Shown: one piece after another, positions 52,001 through 64,000 of the stretch
Layout of the letters: every line of letters begins with the position of its first letter
How positions within the stretch are numbered: the stretch's first letter is position 1
NCBI RefSeq assembly: GCF_964204645.1
Contig: NC_134035.1
Coordinates: 10,386,451-10,450,450 of the forward strand
Origin: Tubulanus polymorphus
Lineage: Eukaryota; Animalia; Nemertea
Direction of reading: 5' to 3'
DNA: 64,000 bases
Notes under the pieces: model-generated
Told to the model about the DNA's origin: nothing
Seen by the model: only the letters and a program-made list of their open reading frames with translations
Database searches by the model: none
Made by a program: the position numbers and the translations under genes

Positions 52001-54328
52001 ACTGATTTCGCATTACTGTGGGAACCGCCTTACATGTTTGGGGAAGATTTTCCTCATTTTAATAGAAACATTTAACGTACCGGCAGCAGAAGCGGCTAAA
52101 GTTCGTTCGGTGAGCGTTTCAAAAATATCGAACATGACGATCGCGGCTCCGTCGTTTAACAACGATTCGCCTTCTATTAACATCGCCAGGTGTTTGGACG
52201 CTCCTGAAACGATTACCAAAATGTTTTCAAGCTTTCAACCATCCCAGTGCATCTACACCGCAGTACAGTGTATAATTCGGTGATAGACTCTGAGTACACC
52301 GCATCATAGTGTATTGATGTTATTGTGGATTGAGAATGATTTTTATTTATTCAGTTGAACTCGTTTCAGTTGTCATAGGATAATACATGACTCAAGTCCT
52401 GTAATCGAGTACAAAATTGTTTATTTCCACTAACTAAGTGAAAGTAGTGATTCAAATAAGTTGTCATAAAAAGTTCAACCCAGCTATGAGGCACCAAATC
52501 TGACAAAAAACTGGTATAATGAAGTTATGTACAGTTAACCGGGTGTAGAAAAAATACCGAGAGGTATAGTATATATAGGTTAACTACTTATTTGACGCAC
52601 AAGCTTTCGCCGCTGATGTAGCTTCATCAGGTAAATGAGTTTACCTGATTTACCAGATGAAGTTACTTACATTAGTAGCGAAAGCTCGTGCGTCAAATAA
52701 ATAGTTAACCTATAGGCCTATAATGGTACTACTCATCTCGTTATCTAATAATGAAGTTGAAACTTACCGACATCTTTGAGTAGAGCGACGACGGCGACCG
52801 GATCGGTAGCGCTCAGTATTGAGCCGTACATTAACGCTTCAGGCCAGCCCCAGTTATAATCGTAGCTGTAGATGGCAAATACGGCCGTCAAAAATGACGC
52901 TAAAACTACAAACAAATGAAATCATCATATTTTGATATAATTCAATATCATAATATATATAGAATAATATTTAATATCTAACGACTGCTGACATTGTTTC
53001 ATTATCGTTTACACAAACTGAAATCATCCCGTTTATACAATCATCATTGTAGAGTCTAGATGATCGTTTAAAGCGTGTTGCCTGAGGCCAGTTGCTCAAA
53101 AGTTAATTAAAGATAACCAGCGGATAAATACCCTAGTTATAATAAACTTGTAATTGTCACTACGTCGACTAACCTCTAGTTAATTCTAACCAACTGGCCT
53201 CTGGTGTTTGTAGTTACTAGAGTTACATAGTATTCATATAGTTACAAGATGATATTGGGAGAAAGTATGGTAACGCTGCGTCAAGCCCCCTCAGAAATTT
53301 AGGGGGCCTTGGTTTGGTAGTCATTTGTTTGCCGGAAAGCTGTTCAATAAAGCTCAAGGAAATATTTTGGACTCTCTTTCTTGTTTCTTGGGATTTAGTA
53401 TCTTTCAACACGGACAAGGTGTTTCATCAACGGTTGTCCAGAATGTAGGTTTGTACACATTATATTCCCCATGCAACAATACTATGACCACGATTTCAGA
53501 TCGTAGAACAATTTCGAAACTTACTCAATCCGGGAACGGAGAGAAGCAAAATCTGAGCGAAACTTCTGAAGAACGTGTGAGCTTCCATATCAAACGCGGA
53601 TTCGAACACGAGCACGGGTAGAAATACGAAGAGGATAATGTGAGGATCGGCTCGCGCCATCGTCGTGTATTCCTGTACGCTTTCGACGTAACGAGACAAC
53701 GTTCCGAACAATAGACCGACGACCATCAAAAACACCGTATACGGAATCGGTAGCCTTTTCAGTAACGAGCGCGAGATCGCTGAAACATATGGAAAATATG
53801 TCAAACCTGTTTAAGAGCAAACTCTTTCAAACGATGTCATTTCGAAAAAACCTAACTGGATTCACGTAACTTGTATTTCCAGGAAAAACAAGTTTCGTGA
53901 ATGCTTTTGGGGTCATTCATTTATTTCATACGCATTAGGGGAGGGGGAAGGGTCAGTGCAATTGCGTACTGTAATGCTTAATGTATACGAAAAAATGGCC
54001 GATTTTGCGTACAGAGTAGGATGGAAAAATTCAAATTTTATGCAAACGTAATTAATGAATGATCCCTTTCTGAATGATGGAGACTTAAAATACAGAATTA
54101 TGAAATTTAACTATAATTGAATTAAGAAAATTCTTCAAAAATAATTTAGACTACTGTGTAATTTACGGCGAGCTCAGATCAGACTCCACGACAGTTCTTT
54201 TTAAAGTCAATCACAATATACTCACCTCCGATCATACATGCCGAGAATATGAATAAGATGACGGCTACGCTCGTATGGCCGGGTGGACATGCTCTGAAAT
54301 CAGAGACAAGAGAACCGTTCGCAGCCAT
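37049..54328 (-). CDS. SLC9C1: Sperm-type voltage- and cyclic-nucleotide-regulated Na+/H+ exchanger (SLC9C/sNHE), ~1288 aa, 27 coding exons: 54328-54226, 53779-53525, 52905-52768, 52203-52081, 51754-51677, 51193-51035, 50591-50483, 50393-50250, 49522-49351, 49041-48960, 48622-48441, 47737-47597, 47253-47156, 46928-46868, 46143-45865, 45500-45288, 44252-44051, 43570-43422, 42845-42720, 42307-42209, 41948-41805, 40906-40769, 39956-39842, 39447-39365, 38881-38699, 37857-37700, 37181-37049
   Basis: NHE motifs FLPVLVFESAF, SATDPVAVV, IEGESLLNDG, WGGLRGAV; voltage-sensor S3-S4 WNQLD...RVARVAKVFRLLRITRALRLFK; CNBD GLYIVVSG...GEMGLITNKPRNADV. Exon lengths sum to 3867 nt with consistent phases and no internal stop seen. 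Confidence 0.95.
41156..41752. repeat. 25 bp minisatellite, about 24 copies (SLC9C1 intron)
   Basis: Unit ggtttaccgagtcgaccagtcccgt. Confidence 0.97.
42436..42558. mobile_element. Palindromic MITE; related copy at ~53085-53200
   Basis: gccagttgctgaaaagttggtta...taaccaacttttgagcaactgac. The second copy gaggccagttgctcaaaagtt...caactggcctc is in the opposite orientation. Confidence 0.75.
44302..45098. repeat. Recent tandem duplication of ~390-410 bp in an SLC9C1 intron
   Basis: tattaggcctacaa.tgccgaggccatttt starts at ~44302 and ~44691. Both units end gttttaagcagttctgg.aaaaaaaa. Confidence 0.93.
47857..48410. repeat. 21/23 bp purine-rich minisatellite (SLC9C1 intron)
   Basis: Unit catagaaaggcagaagataga, with variant catctgacaggcagaagataga. 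Confidence 0.97.
52574..52714. mobile_element. Palindromic remnant with two outward-reading minimal hammerhead-like motifs (Penelope-like element pLTR type)
   Basis: Minus strand: cCTGATGAagctacatcagcggcGAAAgcttgtgcgtcaaataa. Plus strand: cCAGATGAaGTTACTtacattAGTAGCGAAAgctcgtgcgtcaaataaa. The arms are complementary out to tataggttaacta/tagttaacctata. Confidence 0.65.
53909..54068. mobile_element. MITE family copy 2 (see 35733-35901)
   Basis: ggggtcattcatttat...acgtaattaatgaatgatccc; reverse complement of copy 1. Confidence 0.75.
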
Positions 54329-55299
54329 AACGGAACACATTCGAGGTGTAGCTAGTCAGCGTCGCAGTGCTCAACTATCCACATTTGACAATCGATGATA
54401 CGTCTTCAAACCCAGCCATCTGAAAATGAGAAATCATATTTGTCCAACTTTCCAACCAAAAAATAGAGCAATCGAAAAAAAAAAAATATTCGAATTTTCG
54501 AAAACCTTGGACAAAACTGGCTGCGGTTCTTTTTTCATGATTGAAAATGTTCACAAACCAGATAGGTATATAAGCCTACTCAATTATAAAGGCTTACCAC
54601 CAACCATTAATTAGCTAGGCCTAACTCGGGGTTGGGCTGTACCATTGTCTGCAAGGGTGGATTTATGAAAAGATTAAGAGTTTCTTGTTACTGGTGTAAG
54701 GGTCCATGCATGCACTAAGAATAGATACCCCTCACCACTATTGTTTGCAATTATAAATGCAGCAATTACCCCCAGCAATCAAATAATCTAAGCTCTTTTG
54801 CAGAGGAATTTTTTTAGCTGAGTGAAAGACCGGATTGTCGTTTTAGAATGAACTAATCAAATCAATTAATTAAAATATTTAGGCCCATTCAAAATACAAT
54901 TCGCTGAATACTCAGGATCAGAAAACATGCATAAAGTTGAAACACTACTTAGAAATTCATTCTAATCGATACAACTGTGTAATTGATATTGTTGAAGAAA
55001 TGAATGGAATGACATTGTTCATAACTTCATTGTTCGTTCTGTTGAACTGCCCGGGGGGGGGGGGGGGGACTAACTAATAAAGCCGGGTAAGGCCTATTGT
55101 TTATAGAAGAAATTAATAAATGGGCGGAACTATTAAACTAAAAGTACAGTGACTCCAGTGAGTGAGGGAGCCCGGAGAGTGAGTGACAACAAACAGTGTA
55201 CTTAAGTGTAGGCCAAACTCATTCATGGCTTAAAAGGCCTTGGTGGTAATCGAGTGAACTATGTGAAAACTTTAATCATAGCCAGGAGTAGAGCATAAC

Positions 55300-55710
55300 A
55301 AAGGTTTTAGCGAAGTGTGACCACCATGCTGTGGCCGGCACACCGCCGACCCGACCGGACAGAATGCAGACCGCGGCCGAGCGAGGCGTGTGTGGTCTGG
55401 TGTGGCTTTTTTGTCGGCTGCTTTCTTGCAGTAAATCGATCAGTTTAAACAGCTGCTGTACGGTCAGCTCGACAGCTAACTGTAAAACCACTATTCACCA
55501 TAATCAGGCTCATTTACGCGGACATTTACTAGAAAATATAGATTACATTTTGACCGGTCGCGGTGTCTGCGCGAGCGCTAGCAACCATACCAGTGTGAAA
55601 TACGTCATTGAAATACGCGCTCGATGACGTCATAGCTCGCGTTCCACAGCTTTAAGCGAGGGCGCCACTTGACGGTTAGTCCGTTGATTCGGGTTCGCGC
55701 CGGGTCATCC
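55300..55710 (-). promoter_or_regulatory. GC/CpG-rich probable promoter and 5' UTR region of SLC9C1, with a full CRE palindrome TGACGTCA at 55625-55632
   Basis: Local CpG enrichment between the DUF547 gene 3' end and the first SLC9C1 coding exon. That exon has an upstream acceptor at 54420, so a non-coding first exon is expected. Confidence 0.4.
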
Positions 55711-57812
55711 ATCTAAATCTATCCATATAGTCATGATATTTATGAATTTATGATAATGTGCAGGTATGCAACCAAGATTTTGGTGAAATTTGCAAAAGCT
55801 ATATCATGCACGATTTCAGGTCTTTGATTCTGGCGAGTTAGGCAGTCCTAGAGGCCTAGGCCTACTGCAAGGTGACCGATGATAGGCCCTGCTAAAAATC
55901 AGGGTCCAGGATTTAACACATCGTTTTAGCAGTACAAAAAACTGTTGATATTAGCCCTGTGCTCTGAATATTGTCGCAGACTTAACAGTCTCCAGTTGGG
56001 CTTGACTTTGGTATCAGGACAAATAGCCTACTGATGCCATAGACTGCCTTGTCCTCTATATGGTTGATGGAAAATGCAACTATCTCTTACAATAGAGAGT
56101 AAAATCCAAGAAGACTGTACAGAATAGCGACTGTTCCCACTGAATTCAGATTCATTCCAATAAGAAAGAAAAATTAACGAAACCTCATTGAAATTTTAGT
56201 TCTTTTTATATTCATAGCAACAACAATGAGCTATAGTAGTTCAATCTAATAATCATCATATAAATAATATCTCTCATTATAATAATATCTTATATCGTAA
56301 TTTAACAAAAAACTGAGCATTATGGATATACATGTATACATATATATATATTCGTATAAAATCATTTTCTTTGAGAAGTAATCAATAATATTTCAGCTGC
56401 ATGCATCATACTTAGCGGATATTTTGGGTGAAAAACTATGAACTTTTGAAACTGAAAATTAAGGTCCTAAAAGGAAATCACTATTTCGCTTCAAAATTTT
56501 ATTTTCAATCAGATAAACTCAAATATAAATTAGCTGCTTTTACATCGGGACAATATACATTATCTTTTGATCACGAGCAAAACTTCTTCCAGTCATATCA
56601 TTTTAGAACCAAGAATAATAGATTCTAAGATTATTCGTAAAAAACAAATTTTAACGAATTCTTCTATCATCGCCTCCTCTGGGAACTACATGAATTCACG
56701 TTTTAAAACAAGACAGAAAATCATTGAGACAAAAATATCAACAAAATACAGTATTTTCAATGTATACATTGGAGAAGCGCATATTTTAATATATAGTAAC
56801 AAATCAAAAAGGAATTCTAACACCTATCACACAATCATTATGTATTTTTTGAAGTAAAGGTATGAAAATTACTGACTATTTCCTTAGACAGTTCATCAAC
56901 TTAGTCAAAGTCGATTTATAAATGCTTAAAAGCGAATTAACGTAAAATTCTACGAGAAATTGAACATTGAAATAAAAGTCAAGAATATATATAAAGCTTA
57001 AGGTATCACCATTTTGTCATTAGAAAACGTCATATAACTCCAACTGATGATGAACTCTTAGATTTCAAAAGCAGTTTGACCTAGCTACAACGGGTAGAAT
57101 ACTTTCAAGTGACAGCAGATACTAGCTACGCGTTATATATCACAAATATTCTCAATTCATTAGCAGGCAGATTTGGAAATTGATCTTAAAAAGAGTTTAC
57201 ATTCAATTGCATAACAATAATAAGTGTGCTCAGCGGTGAAAACTAAGTACACATGAGATGAAAAGATTCAGCAGAAGAGTTTTGTTTATCATTTGGATTA
57301 CTCACAAACCATGATATTAAACAAAGCGAAGTGAGTCACTGCTGGAACCAGTTGCAATTCACACACAATTATTCAACCTGTGCTAAAATTTGGCTCGGGC
57401 CGGTCTGGTGTTTTTTTCGTCGGGCCAAATTTGGGCACAAGCAAACACAATCAAACATCAACGACATTCAGAAGTTAATCAACTAAGCTTAAAGCTCAAA
57501 GTTATCGAAAAACAAAGTTTTCTCTACAACATCACAGCTTTGAACAATCCAAGAAGTAGATAATTAAGCCTCAACTTTAGTGCAGGGTTCTTTGCACACG
57601 GAAGAAAATCTTTGACTTCGGAAGGAAAAAAATGCATGATAATTCAATAAATTCACAATTTTTATCAAGTTGCAGATTCGTACTAAAATCAGTGACTCAT
57701 CTCAATCAGCAACTAATAGGTGGTGCCACAAGGCTGAAATGAGTGCTTCATTTTATGCTGAAATCATGTTCATTCAGCGGCAGGGAACAGGAAGTAGTTT
57801 ACGGAATATCGA

Positions 57813-60800
57813 TTACACCTTATTCAACGTCCAATCGTAATCCTTGTACTGAATTTCCACTCCTCCCGCCTCCTCTAAGCGTTCGAGCAGAATCGAAATA
57901 CCGCGATGAATGTCCTCGTTCACGTATGACATCACCCACCTAGAAATAGAATAATGACTTTAATTCTAGAATAAAAAATAAAGCAAACAAAACAAAATAT
58001 ATATAAGTGAAAATTGCGGACCCTAGAAATGCCAAAGGAACTCGATCAAACTGTTAAGTTCAATAATTGTAAATTAAATACAAATTTTATATTCATAAAG
58101 CCAAGGAGACAATTTTTCTCAGGCTCAAACTCCGAAATTACCATGCGTTAGTTCCCATGGCATTCTGGATATGTTGTATGTATGGCCAAAAGTTACATTT
58201 TTTCAAGACATCTTTTTGAATTTCGACCCTGTTCCTCAGTTATGAGATCACCTTTGAGTCTTTGCACTGCACAACTAGCCCCCATACTAATATTGTACCC
58301 ATGGTTCATCAAAATCGACTCACTATTAATGAAGCTAAGTAGCTGAAAGACAGACACACAGACAGACAGATGATAGACAGGCAGGATGAGAATAAGGGTC
58401 TCACAGAAGCACGAGAACCAAAAATATAGAAATATTTCAGCTGATTGCCAGCACCCCTTGTTAGTTTAAAATAGAAATAAATACAGAGTAAATTCAAAAT
58501 TCGCAAGACATGAAACACTACACATGGTTGAAAGTCTTTGTTAAGGTTGACAATGCAATAAGAGCAAGTGCATATCAAAGTAGCTTCAAAGTCTTTGAAC
58601 TATATGAAAGGTTTGGCTAAAGAAAATAATTTGAGCATCGAATTTGAAAGATTTGAGCATTTTTAGCTTTTCACATCCAAGCCATATGTCGAAATGAAAT
58701 GGGATCCTGGCACAATTTTCATTAGGCATTTGTCATTTATTGAAATTGAAAAAATTATGGGCTAATTTCGGTCAAAAGATTGAGAAATATCTGACATAAT
58801 TGTCGGAATGTGCAGTGTTGACACCTGGTGGATCTACACGCTTTGAATTCTCGATTGCCCGAGTCACCTGTGTATTACCGCACAACCATGACACCGAAGA
58901 TGAAAGGGTTGACATTTTATTGTATTGTTAAAGACTGTCGTTAGGCAACGACGGCGGAAGGATGCAGCGTAAAACACCAACAGAGAATTTGTATCAATAA
59001 ATCAATAAACTAATGAAACATGCCTGGTTTTATTAGTGCTTTCAACACCAGCCGGCCAGCAAATAATTCTATCAACAACTAGAATTTCAGCTGTTAACAG
59101 ATGTCTACGTATCTAAACAAATTTCATCGATATTGATGTAAAAAGGTGAACATTTTTTTTTCTCGTTGGATTCAATTAAATTATCGGCATGTAATTTCTT
59201 TGAGCAAAAACCCTAAAGCAGCTGTGCAATAAATAAGTAGCGTTCCTCGGCATACAATGACATTGTACCAGAAATGAATATATCTGCACCCAGTTCAACA
59301 GTTGAAGGTTAAAATAGTTGTGGTTTCAAGGTGGAACTCTTTACAAACTTGCAAACTTATCACAGTTATTGGTCAGTCCAGATTTGGCCCGTGTCAAACA
59401 CATTTGGCACCAGTGTGAATAACCTGGGTCAAAAACGCATGTGTGATCGTAGCTCCGATCATTCAACACAACTATACAGTCAACCCTCGATATACTGCCC
59501 TCCCATCTACTGCCATACCCGCCTACCGCCAGGTTTTCTCAATATACATCTCAATACAAATAAATACATAATAAAACACCCCCGATATGCCGCCATACTC
59601 TCTATACCGCCAGAATCATTCTGCACCGATGTGGGCGGTATGTCGGGGGGCTGACTGTATAGTAGTGTTCATTCTTGTTTAATTCCCTTAAACCACTAAG
59701 CACCACACGGGGCATTATTTCTTTTTCCCAATGGGGAGAGACCAAAGTAGAACCGTCTACCAAGAAACTGTCACCACCAGGATTCAAACCCATAAACCCT
59801 GGATTGATTAGATCAGTGACAGGCAGCTTAAACAACTCTGCCACTGCGGCTCCCGGAAGTGTTAAATCTTCTTTACGACTTTCAAACTTCCGTGAGCGTT
59901 CTCTTATCATTGGTAGATATTGCAGAAATTTACCTTGCAGCGTTGACGTCGTTGCCGCCAAAATCCTCGCGATACCACAGAAACAACTTCGACAACTTGA
60001 TAAACCCGAGTTTCACGTGACACGTCACTTCCTGTTCACAGAAAGCCTTTGCCGCCGACTCTAAACCTTTCTCGAGGTTGGAGGCAGAGTATACGCGCAC
60101 AGCCGGACATGACTACAAAACAGAACACACACGAAGATCAATACTGATGAAATAGTCGGGAGGGGTGACAGTGATGAAATCATCAATATGGTAATCATAG
60201 AACCATATAGTTCTATATGGTAATGTAGACAATTCGATAGGAAACCCATTTGATACCCAATAATAGACAAATTCACTCCCATTTGGGTCGATGTGTTGAA
60301 AAATTATCCAAATGACTTTGTAAATTGAATTTGAAATACAAATTGGGACTCAAATATGATAAATCGGGAGTCAAACACAGTGACAATATTCAAGCAATAT
60401 GAGGACTTATCTGATGACGACTTTATCGAGGTTGATGGTAAAATGATTTCGCTGTTACCCATTAGATTTGTATTTAGAGGTTCCACTGTATATACTTTAT
60501 ATACCAATTGAAACACATTAATGGTAGTTGTATTTATTTTGGAGACCGGCTTGGTTTGCCCGTTCAATTGGAAAGTCAGTTAAAACTCAATCATGACCGT
60601 CGTGTGAGCCAGTTGCAGCTCGGTCAATTCTATCAATTCTATGTGACATCACCCATCGCTGATAAAACTGTTAGCGGAGACTAATTCAATTATAACCACT
60701 CCCGGATGAGAGCAGCCATATTGATTTTTGACAGTTTCCGTTTGATTGAGATAACAGACTGAACGACAGCATCATTCAGACAAGCGAAGCGAACATGATG

Positions 60801-62088
60801 AGTGGGTTTCCTGCACATCCAGCTACGAGTAACCTGGGCTGGGTATCATCATGGACGTATAAACTAGATATATATGTCCATGGTATCATAGAGGTGGATG
60901 AAAGATAGTCCCTGGGAACATTTTGAAATTTGTCAGTTATAACCAGGGTTTCTCATTGTTACTATGGTGGTTGTCACCCAAATTGAGGATTTACACCTAG
61001 GGATAACTTTGATACTCAGTCTATGAAACCGGGCCCTGGTGTTTTGCCATGAAACCCAGTGCAATAACGAAAGAATTCTGGCCCTGAGCTATCACCCTAC
61101 AAGACGTGTCCTGAGCTCAGATAAATGCGATCAGTTGCTCACCTTAGCACCGCAGTTGAGAGCGAAATGGATTCTCGGGTCGACATCTTTCAGCGAATAC
61201 TTCAGTTTTGGATCATTCAGTTGAAAGTGGCTGCCGGAAGACGCCGGATGCGACCGATTTCCTACAACAAATGACAAAACATGGTTACGATGATCGATCT
61301 GATGGCGATTGGGATCAGTAGAAAATAACGAAATAAAAAAATAACTCGAGAAGATTTCATCATCGGAAAATACACTTTAACCTTGAAAACATGCCTACAT
61401 TTGATAATAACTGATATGAATCTATGTCAATTGCAGTCCCTTTCCCTTCAATTATTTCATTTGTGTCAGGGACGTACGCAACAAACACTTGCTGAGCCAT
61501 ATTTTTCAAACTTTTATGGCCACAATTAATTCAGTATCTTGGCTCTATTGAGTATACATAATTATTTCTCTGCAATATTTGAAAACGAACATAAGAGATG
61601 GATAATATCGGCGACAGCCAAAAGTTGTAGTAAGTGAAATGAGATGATAAGAGATTGAAAAGCACGAACAACAGCGGTGTTCACGATATTCAAAATGACT
61701 ACAAATTACATTCTCAAATTTAATTTCAAACTACATATATGAAGAACAGGGGCCTGTCTATTTCAATATTCAAAATGAGTACAAATTACATTCTCAAATT
61801 TAATTTCAAAGTACATATATGAAGAACAGGGGCCTGTCTATTTCAATCAATCTGTCACTGTGAAACTGCAAAATAAATGGTTGATCAGTCGACAAATTCT
61901 TTGTAAAGTAGAACTGAAGGATGTCGTTACGTTACCTCTGAGTACGCCGTGTTCGATATCGTCTAACGAGAACACGTGTCCGCCGATATCATACTTCGTC
62001 GTTTTCCAGAATTGTCGAATATCGAGAACCGAACGAGGAATACTGGCACAATTCAGCAGTCCGTGTATAGTTAAAGCGTTGTACACAT
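57813..62088 (-). CDS. DUF547-domain protein, 3' exons only: 62088-61936, 61261-61143, 60112-59934, 57939-57813
   Basis: VYNALTIHGLL...YDIGGHVFSLDDIEHGVLRGNRSHP...DPRIHFALNCGAKSCPAVRVY...LSKLFLWYREDFG...YKDYDWTLN* are hallmark DUF547 motifs. Splice phases are consistent. Confidence 0.92.
58020..58425 (+). mobile_element. Possible non-autonomous Helentron-associated (HINE/DINE-1-like) element end; left boundary uncertain
   Basis: (GACA)n microsatellite followed by a short stem-loop ggtctc-acagaagcac-gagaacc and an A-run. Confidence 0.35.
59475..59659. mobile_element. Tc1/mariner (pogo/Tigger-like) MITE
   Basis: TA-CAGTCAACCCTCGATATAC...GTATGTCGGGGGGCTGACTG-TA. Confidence 0.75.
61687..61846. 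repeat. 80 bp tandem duplication
   Basis: tattcaaaatga.tacaaattacattctcaaatttaatttcaaa.tacatatatgaagaacaggggcctgtctatttcaa occurs twice. Confidence 0.95.
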
Positions 62089-64000
62089 CTGTGAAGTTTA
62101 AGAGTTAAGTACCGGATATATAGATAATATCGAATTTCTTACATTTTCCAAAAAAAGAGCGGAATAGAAAAATCTAAACCATTGACGAAACACTCAATCA
62201 GTATTGTAGCAATGATAATATAAAATTCCACGTTAAGAATGAAAAGGTTCAAACTATTTCCATAAGGTAACAATTCGTATTTTATTAATAAAATTCCTGA
62301 ATATGACTATTAAGATATAGTCGAAATGACCAACTCAAGGAGACATTTCAGACTCTTTTCTTCATGCTTAGAATGGGATTTTTATATCATAGGAAAATCG
62401 GTCATCAACTCAATTCGATAACAACACATATTCAATCTTGGCGACGGATAAAATACAGACAACCGATGAAAATCAGATTATTGGCCCAAACGACCATTAG
62501 GTCGGCATATATATGCATTTAATGTGTCCCCAGTGGTCGATAGTGGTTTAGATTCTTCAGTATCTATAATCACGACCACCAGAAGTACAGCACAAACAAA
62601 CATAGAACGCGCAGTAGAACGAAAATCGCAAAAATGTTCAAAATTCAGTATTAAACGAAGATACTAATGGAGAAGTATTTCAATGAGACATCATATCATT
62701 TTCGTTCTAAGGGCCATCATCTTGCTTATTGTTATTAAATGACCACATCTTAATAGATAATGTAATACGTCAATGTCAGCTGAGTTAGCGCAGGGGATAT
62801 CAGTGACTCTACAGATACACAGACAGCTTGTCCTTTTCTCAATATGCATACTTATTCGCAGGAATGCGTAAGAAGGTGCTGCAAAAGAAGACAACAGTAT
62901 ATACTTTATACTGTATGTACCGAGTACTGAGTGAAACCATCATAGATAGAATCCATGGTCGATCCATGGACTCTAGATTAAAACGATTTTAGAGTCCACG
63001 GTGAATCTCACCGGACCATGATGTCTCTAATAACCGCATTATGAAGGTAATACATTCATTATATTAGGTTCATTCATATCAAACGAACAACGTAAACAAA
63101 TTATACCCACCATCACAGCAGGCAAACATCACCGGTATTGTGTAGAGAATAATGCGACCCAGACCCCGACCTGCAGTAAGCAATTAATAAAGATAATCAC
63201 ATCATGATATACCATTAATCAGAATGATTATACGGCATGGATTATCTCGTACTGATTTACCAGCGAAAATTACCACGGTTCACGAAGGCTATTTTTGATA
63301 TCACCGATAACAGAAACCCTAGAGGTGTGCGCAGTTCATCGGGACAACAGACACAGAAATCCAACATAAAAGTTGTTTTTTTTCTAAGTTTATTAATACC
63401 AAAATGTTTTGTGGACTGTTGCCTAACAACTGTCTTTTCAGATGGAATACTGATGGCTGGGAGACCATGGTATATAATTAATAATTCCATCTCTCATGAT
63501 GAAAAAAACTGATAATGCAGAATTTCCGCTATATCTGTTTGCCTGGTTCGCTTCAAATAACCCGTCATTTGATCGCGTATTCGAATCACAACTTAATAAT
63601 CGAGTGAAAGTAGATTCTAATGGTTTAAACTGTAGGCAGAACTGTTCGCACAGATAGATATAACACGTCGAAAGTTAATGACATCCAATCTAAATATCAC
63701 GGATGTCGACTTCCCCCGCAACAGCTAGTATCGACGTTGATTCAATAACGCGTTATTATCGCAGAGGGTTTGGACCGGGGTCGCACAAGCCGACGAGATC
63801 GACAACAATACATCGAGCTGGAACCCCGTCGTAATCCATTTCCTGACCTCTCGGGGAGTTGTGGATCCGTAATCGCGCGGGACACCATTTACAAACGAAT
63901 AAATACTATGAAAACTACATTATGGCTGATATATTCCGTAAATATGCCTTTCATGTAGATAAATATAGAAAGTGGTGCAACGCCACGTATATGCCACCCT

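Noticed and set aside
63098-63170. Exon-like piece (GRGLGRIILYTIPVMFACCD) recalling a glutaredoxin N-terminus of DUF547 proteins
   Set aside because: No CxxC motif, and its position next to the mid-DUF547 exon does not fit. Cannot be assigned without the upstream sequence.

Overview
AT-rich, intron-rich eukaryotic DNA from an invertebrate animal (inferred from gene content and ~85-100 nt minimal introns), not a prokaryote. (1) ~0.74-20.5 kb: tandem array of about 82 monomers of ~236-243 bp, with two monomer classes and nested higher-order periods (1200, 1676, 2889, 3548 bp). On the minus strand each monomer reads as an 85-nt GT...AG intron-like block plus a ~151-158 nt non-coding exon-like block. 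A diverged solo copy of that unit sits at ~24.19-24.30 kb. (2) 20.5-25.4 kb: decayed repeats, then a ~690-bp inverted repeat apparently built from the 3' end of an RTE-clade LINE. Its arm differences favour G-U pairs in a minus-strand RNA, making it a candidate hairpin RNA. (3) 26.6-29.85 kb: unprocessed TXNL1 pseudogene (minus strand) with many stops and frameshifts but intact splice sites. (4) 31.2-33.9 kb: Ig + 2x LDLa single-pass receptor with PPxY motifs (plus strand). (5) 37.0-54.3 kb: complete 27-exon SLC9C1-type voltage/cAMP-gated Na+/H+ exchanger (minus strand). Its introns carry minisatellites, MITEs and a palindromic Penelope-type hammerhead-like motif. (6) 57.8-62.1 kb: 3' exons of a DUF547-domain gene (minus strand). 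The best candidate novel system is a co-oriented minus-strand non-coding locus: pseudogene -> LINE-derived hairpin -> seed exon/intron -> amplified exon-intron array. All alignments and counts were done by eye and are approximate.
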